Assembly: GCA_951406725.2 (NCBI GenBank) | Contig: OX597826.1 | Coordinates: forward strand, 60,388,001 to 60,452,000 | Source of the DNA: Octopus vulgaris | Lineage: Eukaryota | Length of the DNA: 64,000 bases | Reading direction: 5' to 3' | Part shown: positions 54,601-64,000 of the stretch, in pieces | How the letters are laid out: the number at the start of each line of letters is the position of its first letter | How positions within the stretch are numbered: the first letter of the stretch is position 1 | Program-made: the position numbers and the translations under genes | The notes under the pieces: model-generated | What the model was told of the DNA's origin: nothing | Database searches by the model: none | Seen by the model: only the letters and a program-made list of their open reading frames with translations

Positions 54601-54860
54601 GCGAAAGCGCGTGGCCTAGTGGTTAAGGTATTCCATTCAGGATTAATAGATCGTGGGTTCAATTCCCATACTGGGTGGCGACTTGTGATCTTGAGCAAAG
54701 CACTTCATTTCACGTTGCTCCTTTTGACCATGGACGAAGGGATACTGGTTCGGCTAGCCGATCGAGTGGCGTCATTCGAAAGCTAAAACGATGCAAATCC
54801 CTTATGACCAGTGATGCGTAACAACATCTGATAGCCAAGCTGGTCACATAATTATGTGAT
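54601..54860 (+). mobile_element. SINE family C (head/body type A + tail type 1)
   Basis: gcgcgtggcctagtggttaagg, gggttcaattccc, ttgagcaaagcacttcatttcacgttgctcc, then gtggcgtcattcgaaagctaaaacgatgc. Confidence 0.75.
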
Positions 54861-55161
54861 ATAGCCTGTAAAAATTATGGATATTAATCTCGTACTGCAA
54901 GGCCTCTTACTGTCGAAAAGATTCATTTCTGTCTAATGTCTGTGGTATAATCACTGAGCTCATATATATTGCTGGACTTGTGCCAAAATATCAAACCATT
55001 ATTACATTTTCTGCAGACGTTGAAATCAGCAACTAAAATATTTTCTTTTTTAAAAAATTGTCATCTGCTTAAGACTAATTTGACACGATATATAAAACAA
55101 GTAATCCGATATGCCGGATGTGTTACGCTATCATTTCGTTACACTATTGAAATTAAAGATC

Positions 55162-55552
55162 AGTGGCTCTATGGTAAGAAGCTTGCTTCCCAACCACATG
55201 GTTCCGAGTTCAGTGGCACCTTGGACAAGTGTCATCTATTATAGTGTCGAGCCGACCAAAGCTTTGTGAGTGGATTTCTTAGACGAAAACTGAAAGAAAC
55301 CCGTCGTATATATGCATTTATGTATATGCGTGTGTAGGAGGTGTGTTTGTGTCTGTGTTTGTCCCCCGCCATCCTCAACCACTTGACAACTGTGCTCGTG
55401 TGTTGACGTCCCCATAACATAGCAATTCGGTAAAATGGCCGATATAATAAGTACCAGAATTACAAAAATTTATGTACTGGAGTTGAAACATTAGGCTGGA
55501 AATTATTCTAGGCGGTGTTCCAGCAGAGCCGCAGTCTAATGACTGAAACAAA
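55162..55552 (+). mobile_element. SINE family A, decayed
   Basis: gtggctctatggtaagaagcttgcttcccaaccacatggttccgagttcag ... ggcggtgttccagcagagccgcagtctaatgactgaaac. Confidence 0.85.
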
Positions 55553-55911
55553 TAGTAGATAGATGTAAAAAGAAATATCTAATACTGATTCTTACGTTAG
55601 AATTAAAATTAAATATTTAACAGACAATTGAATTTGAAAATATAATTGATTAGTTACTAAAGATGAGCCTTTACTGAATTACATTAGTTTGTAAACCCAG
55701 GACTCAACTCTAGTTTTTGAAGCGTTAAGTTGCTTTGACTTCCTCGGCAAACAATTGCCTTATTCCTTGGGAAAGAATATTAAGCATTATATTGTTCACG
55801 TGCGTCTCCCTGACCTCTCAGCGAGATGTCAAGCATCCTACAAACTTGGAAAATCAAGATGAATAAAACGGTTGAATTAGACGAATCGAAGTGTTGTATG
55901 TTCGAATTTTA

Positions 55912-56241
55912 TACGATAGTATATAAATACATAATGTAGAGTATATTTGAATGCATGATATTGATACCATATAAACACGTGATACAGATACTATATGAAC
56001 TCCTGATGTAGATACTATATAACTTCATGTTGTATATACAATATAAACGTGATGTAAATTCTATATAATTGCCTGTTGTAGATATATAAAGACGTGAAAC
56101 GGATACTGTATGAAAAATATGAGTTACTATATAAATATTTGGTGTAGATCTATGAATATGGCATGTAGCTACTATCTAACAGCTTTGCAGTAGATATAAT
56201 GTTAATAGTATATAAATACGTGATGTTGATACTACATAAAC
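55912..56241. repeat. Degenerate ~24 bp minisatellite (consensus approx. gtagatactatataaacacgtgat)
   Basis: About a dozen imperfect units with recurring gatactatataaa and gtgatgtaga. Confidence 0.7.
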
Positions 56242-57495
56242 AAAAGGCGCTTGGTGTTGATAAATACCAGCGCAAACAGTCAGGTAGGCTCTAAATATTC
56301 TATTGTTACAATAAGCATTTCCAGGCGAAGTATAGCGATCGTAAGACCATTGTACTATTCTTTTCTTTTGGTCTTTTATTTTTAAAATTCAAGATTACAC
56401 AATTTATCCAAGACTTAGTTATTCCACTGTGGCCTTATATTTTGAAAACAATATGATATGCTTTATGGAGATTTGGCTTTCTTTTGGGGGACAGAAACGG
56501 TGGAGCAGATACTTATTCGTTAATTCATCTATTAAAAGTGCTGCTTCCTTGAAAGACCTCAAAAATGGAATTATTGTGCTTGAACTGAAAATAATTACAA
56601 ATAGTTTAATCTCCCTCTGCGAATCTGATATATAATCTGTCTGTCTCCATGTATTAGAAATAATTGTTGAGAGAGACAAAAACAAAACAAAAAAACAAAT
56701 ATGGGAACAATTGATATTAAAAGCGTGGGTGCTTTTAATAAAAACAACGTGACGTGGGTGCTTCTTTTTTGGTAGCTCCACGTGGGACATTCACAGGTGA
56801 ATGTACAGCAAAACTATAAGAAATAACCACTTAAGTAGCTGATGAAAACGTATCGGTGTGTAGGATGATTAACTGCGAACAGCCCATTCCACTATGGTGT
56901 GAAGAGATACCACAGGATGGATTAATTTTCATTACCAACTTAAAATTTGATTTATGTTATGAAAGTTTAGTTTTCGATCTTGGAACTGACTTAGACATTA
57001 TAGACTGAACCTCATCAAATAATGGCTCGCAGTCACGGTTAAAACGTAGAATATTTATTCCAACAGATCGTTGGTCTAAACAAGAAGAACAAGATCAAAT
57101 GCAACAATATTTACTCTCATCAAGAATTTATCTCTCGCTCTGAATGTGTTTTCTGCGCATTATTTGTTAAAACTCTTCCTCAGGAAGAAAATCAACTGGT
57201 ATATTTGAGAGAGTTGTTTTCAGAAAAGTGGATTTGTAAAAGTCATTCAATCAAAACGAAACCCAACCCATTTCTCGTCTTGCTGACAATATTCAAGTAT
57301 CTTCCTTGAGATTTAGTCACTTGATTGAAAATGTGTGAAAGTGATTTAGTATGCATGAAGTCACAAAGGAAATCAATGAGACGCACAAATCACAAGTACC
57401 CCACTATGTGTGTATGTGTGTGTATGGGAGTGTGCAAGCGTATATCTGTGTATATGTGCACACACATACATACACACATATATAGAGAGAATAGC

Positions 57496-57646
<151 letters not shown>

Positions 57647-58546
57647 GTGAGATTGGAGAAAGAGTAGTTTGAAATAGTAAATATAAAAAGAAAAGTTTTG
57701 GAGAGAAATAAGGCAGAAAGAACGAATTCTTAGAGAGCGAGAGTGAGCGAGAGTGAGCGAGAGAGAGTGAGAGAGTGAGAGAGAAAGAAGTAAGGAGAGA
57801 TATACACAAACTGAGAGAAACAACGGCAACATCGACGATGACCTACAATCCGAGCGATAGCTAGAAAGTATGGAAAAGAGAGAGACAAAGAGGAGAGAGA
57901 GAGAGAATTAGTGAGAGGGGGGAAAGGCATGGCGAGTTTAGCAACTAAGTAAATAAATAATATAGAATGATTCGGAAAGAGAAAAAATCTTAAGACATAA
58001 AAGTTCTACGGAAATATAATAAAATGTAAAGTGTCTAGTCGAGAGTTGATCTGCTCAATAGAAAATCTGATTTGAAAATAAAATGGATTCCAACGAATAC
58101 GTCTTGTCTGAATCATTTATTCTTTCCGTAAAACATCCTCCTTCCACACATCCCCACGTACACACACACACACACACACATTGCACCATAAACAACATCA
58201 ACATTGGGGAAAAAAATAATCAAAGAAAACAAATAGGCAGCTAATATTGTAAAAAGGAAGACTAGCAACAAATTGTTGTTCTGTATGATTTTAAAATGTC
58301 CGTCGTCGTTTTCTGTTTGCTGCAACTACTAGAGATGCTGTTTAAAAATAAGTGTCTATAGTAGTAAAAGTTGTTTGTTGTACTTCTTTAAAATGTTTTG
58401 TTAACATTTTCGGAATATAGTACACAGGAATTGTTATTTATTTCGGAAGTGGTTGGTCAGTAAAGTTTATCGTAGAAATGTTTTCATAGATTTATATGTA
58501 GGTCCAAATGACACACACACACACACACATACATACACACACACAC

Positions 58547-58645
<99 letters not shown>

Positions 58646-58653
58646 CATATATG

Positions 58654-59080
58654 CAGGGTGCAGTGAATAAATTGTCGTCTAAATTACTCAAAAATGAAAA
58701 TAACATTGACATCTCATTTTAACAGATATATTTAACAAAATTACATAGAAATATCTTGAAATACTAAAGAGTTAATTTATCCAAAAAGATCATCTTTGAC
58801 TTCAAACACGCCCTCCAGACGACTTCAGAATCTCCTGCAACTCTCTGGACGGTTTCCTTGTTTAAGTTGTTCAGTCCTGTCATAATCCTAGCCTTCAGTT
58901 CATCTTTGGTGTTACAAAGAGTTTTGTTGGTCTCTCGCTGAAGTGCGCCCCACACATAATAATTAAGAGGGTTACGGTCTGCGGAGTTAGGTGGCCAGAT
59001 GTTAGGGCTGATGTGGTCGCTGAAATTATCTGACAGCCATGGCTGGGTTCTTCTGCTTGTGAAACATGTTGCAGAGTCAT
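58654..59080 (-). pseudogene. 3' part of a DD37D Tc1/mariner transposon with terminal repeat
   Basis: Minus strand TSRRTQPWLSDNFSDHISPNIWPPNSADRNPLNYYVWGALQRETNKTLCNTKDELKARI. Putative TIR cagggtgcagtgaataaattgtc abuts a TA-rich repeat. Confidence 0.88.
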
Positions 59081-59203
59081 GTTGCCTTCGCTCAGGGCAG
59101 CACCACCTACTACCAGAAATGATTGTGTCTATGTGTGTATGTGTGTGTGTGTGTGAAAGTATTTTAAGATTTTACTTAGGTATATAAATATATATATATA
59201 TAT

Positions 59204-59291
<88 letters not shown>

Positions 59292-59684
59292 AGATATAGA
59301 TATAGAGCTGAAGATCCGCCATAATTGTGTGAGTAAATGTTGTTAACGTTTTCATGACTCACTTGTTCATTCATGAAGGCGACAAAATCTCTATCAAACA
59401 ATAATACTAGGGTGCAAATGTTTAAAACTGAATGAATACCACGTGATTAAAATCTAGGGATTTTAATGTGTGATTATCAAATTAATAGTTAGCTAGTTTT
59501 CAGTGCGGAGAATACATTGTTCCTGTATGAAAGAGGATAAGATAATTAATACCGTTCGAAGTAACCTGTCCAGAGAGGGTTCCAAAAGAAAAGTATTTTT
59601 ACGAGATAAGAGCGTAGCATTAATGCAACTGAAGGATCAGAAGTACGTATGTATGTTGATATATCTACGTACTTAGGAAGGTTA

Positions 59685-59960
59685 TTTGTTAGGTCATTTA
59701 GTTCCCGATCGTAAGGTTGTGATTTCGATTCCTGTCATCAAGTTTTATACTTTAGCAAGAATTTGCTCCCGTCCACTCAGCTAGCAAAAATGTAATTCTA
59801 AGGGCCAGTCTTGTCATATTCTACGACGCGCTGAAACTCACTGAGATCTACATCTAAGTTACGGTCATTTGCGGTGTGCTCAGTCACTTATTCGTTAAGT
59901 TGATGATCTGACTGTTCGGTTGAACGTATTGAGTAACCTTTCTGTTGCGTGTAACCTAAA
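59685..59960 (+). mobile_element. SINE family C, heavily decayed (type A + tail 2)
   Basis: gtgatttcgattcc, gtccactcagctagcaaaaatg, agggccagtcttgtca and gtgctcagtcactt blocks in order. Confidence 0.6.
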
Positions 59961-59994
59961 GGTCTTGGGTTTGAAACTTACGAACGTGACTAAG

Positions 59995-60640
59995 GATCTC
60001 CAATAGATTTAATGCAATTTATCACCTGAAAGTCACTAAAGATTCATTTTGTCACTCCTAGGATATGATACAAGGAAATTTCGATAAGGTGACCCAGTAA
60101 TACCGATTTCTGTCCTGAGTTACCAATTTTGTCGTCTTTCTATCTCTTTGTATCGAAAATCAGCTCTCTCAAACTAACTTATTCTTATAGCATAGCATGG
60201 ATGCCACAAGATAGCACTATGGAGTGGAAGGACTGCTTTTTTCTCTAGCATTCTGTGGTAAGTTCATCTCTTCTTAAATGGTGTTGCAGTTACAGAAGAC
60301 AAAACCTCCCATTTGGCTTTTATTAAGTAATTATGCATTAGAGGAACCAGATTGAGTGTTAGGCCTCAACCATAACATTCTTCATTCTACTATAATACAC
60401 ATGGGTGTTTTATATATTTTCAAGTACTACGATCAAGTACCCGGTCTAAGGATAGCGAGATATGTTTTTTTTTATGTTCTGCGAGCCTTCAGAGCTTTCA
60501 GATGTCATGTAACTACTGCTCCTGTTCTAACTGATCTATTAAATAAAAAGTACTCGTCACCCAAGGTTGACAGAACCAGGAAAATATTTGAATTACGTAT
60601 GTCATTCCAAGTATTTGAAGCTGCAATATTCTGATTGATA
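59995..60640 (+). pseudogene. Possible Gypsy-type RT remnant
   Basis: Weak motif order IDLMQFYH ... EWKDC ... TTAPVLTDLLNKK ... QVFE resembles LDL..GY.Q ... WEEH ... APLTDLLKK ... AFE. Confidence 0.25.
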
Positions 60641-62273
60641 TACGACATTTTGAAACAGGATTTATATATTGTTGTGTCAGTTTATTTGCTTATTTATTTA
60701 TTTTGCTGTCAGTTTTACTTATTTGGGACTGAGACTAGATATAATTCAACGTGTGTGTAAGGGCTTTGTTGTACCTCTCTCTCTATCCCTCTCTGTGGTT
60801 AGTGCATATATTGTTAGATATATGTAAGCATTTATGTATGTCTATGTTTGAGAACGCTTTGAGGGTCAGTGGAGAAATAGTTTGTATGGCTTCATTCTTT
60901 TAATTGTTTTCTTTTTTGCTTTATTTTGTCTTGTTTTTCATGTTGCAAACCCAACATACCAGTATAAAGATACCCAAAGGCGATATTGATTTTTCTTTTT
61001 CAGCAAGATGGCTTGAGCTAGCCTGGGGTAACTGTCTTTGCCATAGACAAATTGAATTGTCAATGACAGAATAACGAACTTTGCTACCTTTGAATAATAT
61101 TTCGGCGCCATTTTACCTCGATAACCAACGCCTCGAAATAAAAGCTAGAAAAAAATTAATTGCTTTTATTCCGTTTGCTTTGAAGCAATATTTAGCAAGA
61201 TGTATTAAAGAAAAATATGAACGCCTGCACTGAGGGAGTTTTATTGTTATTTTTCTATTTCTTCTGTCGGGAATATAGGGAAGTAAAGATTGTAATTAAT
61301 TAGGTCTGACAGCAGCCTGGGCATTTCATCGACTGCGTTCTGTCATCATGTCTTTCGAATAAATCATGTCTGGAGTCTATATATTTTATACTTGTCCATC
61401 CATGGCAACGACCTAACTGTATGTAATCATTATCGTTCTGTATAAACATTATTGTTATATAGTAATGCCGCAAACAGAACATGATACCGAACAGTTTAAT
61501 AGCTGAGTTCAACTCGCTGCGGCGACCAAAATATAGACTTTTCGTAAAGAAAAATATCAAATAAAAATTTTAAAAGGCAATAGCTGAATATATCCAGGTT
61601 TCTAAAAACGAACTAGGTACGCGTCGTTTCGTCAATTAGAGGAATTCTTATATGCCATGCGTTTCGAATGACCATATAATACATACATACATACATACAT
61701 ACATACACAAGCACACAATCACCCCCCCCTACACACACACACAGACACACACACACATACACACGCACACACATATACACACTGACATTATCGATGTTAT
61801 AAATATTCAAAAAACTTTCGGGAGAAGATGACGCAATTCTTTTTAAAATAATGGTTCCCGAACACATTGCATACAGCTATACGTTACAGCTTGTAAATAT
61901 TGGTTTGAAAAGTTTTTTCGGAGAGAAAATTCAAGAGTTGGATGCCTGAACTATATTTTGAGCAATGGCATTATCAATTAATTGGTCTCTTAGATATGGG
62001 CAACAAGAATTTAACTTTTAAGTCCTGTGAGGACTTATGCACTTTTGTACAGATACGATGACTACAGACGTCTGTTGAACCTCTATACCATGTTTCAGCC
62101 TTCGCTAACTACTTGACGTTTTGTGTTACTTCTCTGATGCCATAATTAGAAATGTTTACATATCTATCTATATATCTATCTATTTATTTATTTATCTGTC
62201 TATCTATCTAACTACCTACATAACTACCTACCTATCTTTATATATATAGATATTGCTAGATAGGTAGACAGAC

Positions 62274-62382
<109 letters not shown>

Positions 62383-62412
62383 TACAGACAGACAGATAGA
62401 TATATATATATA

Positions 62413-62748
62413 TGGGCAAGTGTCTTCTACTATAGCCTCGGGCCAACCAAAGCCTTGTGAGTGGATTTGGTAGACGGAAACTGAAAGAAGCCCGTCGTAT
62501 ATATGTATATATATATGCGTGTGTGTGTTTGTGTGTCTGTATTTGTCCCTCCTAGCATTGCTTGACCACCGATGCTGGTGTGTTTATGTCCCCGTTACTT
62601 AGCGGTTCGGCAAAAGAGACCGATAGAATAAGTACTGGGCTTACAAAAGAATAAGTCCCGGCGTCGAGTCGCTCGATTAAAGGCGGTGCTCCAGCATGGC
62701 CGCAGTCAAATGACTGAAACAAGTAAAAGAGTAAAAAAAGAGTAAAGA

Positions 62749-62751
<3 letters not shown>
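62413..62751 (+). mobile_element. SINE family A, young, lacking its head
   Basis: Close reverse complement of 10886-11220. Starts and ends in (TA)n. Confidence 0.9.
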
Positions 62752-62781
<30 letters not shown>

Positions 62782-63363
62782 CATATATATATATATATAT
62801 ATAAGCATATATACATATATATGTGTGTGTAAGTATATATATGTGTGTGTGTGTTTGTGTATGTGTATACATATACACACACACACATACATACAAACAA
62901 ATAGAGAGTCGGAGAATATTCGTGCACTTGCTAAGACGTAACATAATACTTGTCACTTATTCATACAACTCATCAGCCGCCATTTTGAAAATATTTATTA
63001 CGGCTAGATGCTCATAGAAAGTAAGTGTTAATTATAGTCTTGATAATAAACACGACGCTACTTCTAAAGCACTTCCCTTGCGTTATTACATAACATTCTT
63101 GTAACAACAAATATTCCCTATTTCATTTCATAATGCACCAACATACAGATCAAAGAGCGTGTATTTTAGTGTTCCCACTTCTACCAGAAATACTAACCAA
63201 ATAACTCTCAAATTACTCCGCATTCACTTAAAATAGAGATATACAATGTACTTCAGGTCATGTGTTCTTGAAAATCTTTGGTTTTAAGTCTCTTGTGTCA
63301 GGTCAGAGGAGGAACTTGATAAATTCAGCATATCGTCTAGGACATATGTAGCAACATTGTAAC

Positions 63364-63394
<31 letters not shown>

Positions 63395-63427
63395 TCTGTA
63401 TCGCTATAATAATAATTATTATTATTA

Positions 63428-63536
63428 TTATTTCTACTGGAAGCACTAGGCCTCGAATTCGGGAGAAGTGTTTAAGTCGATTACTTGACTCCTGTGCGTA
63501 ACTGCAACTTATTTAATCGACCCCAAAAGGATGAAA
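63428..63536 (-). mobile_element. 3' fragment of SINE family B
   Basis: acttatttaatcgaccccaaaaggatgaaa matches 17017-17047. Confidence 0.7.
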
Positions 63537-64000
63537 TGACTAGAAATGACTAGGAAAGTAAATTATGTTATTAGTAGGATAGATACTAAAAATACAGGGG
63601 ACACTAACTTATTGATCTATGCAGGAAGAGTAGGAGTCACTAGGAGATTAGCATTATCTGGGGGTAGAAATATTCACAATATGTAGCGCGTCACAAGAAT
63701 CCCTATAGATTTATGTTCAATTCCTGGAAAATCAATACTGCTTTATATTCTTTTCGGAGTCGGTCAAATACATTACTAGTTAAACACTGGGGTCAACAAA
63801 ATCGATTGTTCTCCCCACAAATTCCTCGTTTTTTTTCTATGAAGGAAGCTATAAACGTGTATGTATGTATATATGAGTATATGGATATTTATTTATTTTT
63901 ATTAGCTGTTAATACGTCGTTTTACATATAAATCTCAAATGTGCTTTAAAAGTTTTTTGCAGCCACATCAAACTGTATCCTTGCGGCCAGTAAAGGAATA

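Noticed and set aside
55912-56241. CRISPR-like array (also considered for 6295-7630)
   Set aside because: Units are contiguous and diverged with no unique spacers, the context is eukaryotic and there are no cas genes.
56400-57300. Non-repetitive stretch with short ORFs as a possible host exon or retroelement
   Set aside because: No motif I can recognise, and no continuous frame or clear splice pair.

Overview
AT-rich eukaryotic DNA with very dense microsatellites and no intact protein-coding gene. Almost all ORFs in the track are translations of simple repeats. The tRNA-derived SINE families resemble octopus/cephalopod SINEs as I recall them, so the source is inferred to be an octopus intron or intergenic region. 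The non-microsatellite sequence is mostly mobile-element debris: several SINE families, Tc1/mariner MITEs and DD37D transposase remnants, non-autonomous Helitrons, a decayed Penelope-like element (RT + GIY-YIG) interrupted by a piggyBac MITE, CR1, R4/Dong-like and RTE-like LINE fragments, and an orphan LINE ORF1. Top observation: a tandem array of ~350-390 bp monomers (~6295-7630), each carrying a type I minimal hammerhead ribozyme motif, i.e. a candidate non-LTR retrozyme able to yield small self-cleaved or circular RNAs. Further hammerhead motifs lie in the Penelope 3' end and in a second dispersed repeat with an atypical core. Second observation: a reconstructable complex rearrangement (40641-44097) with an inversion that splits a Helitron and a SINE, an inverted duplication and templated junction inserts. 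All calls were made by eye, and the ends of decayed elements are approximate.
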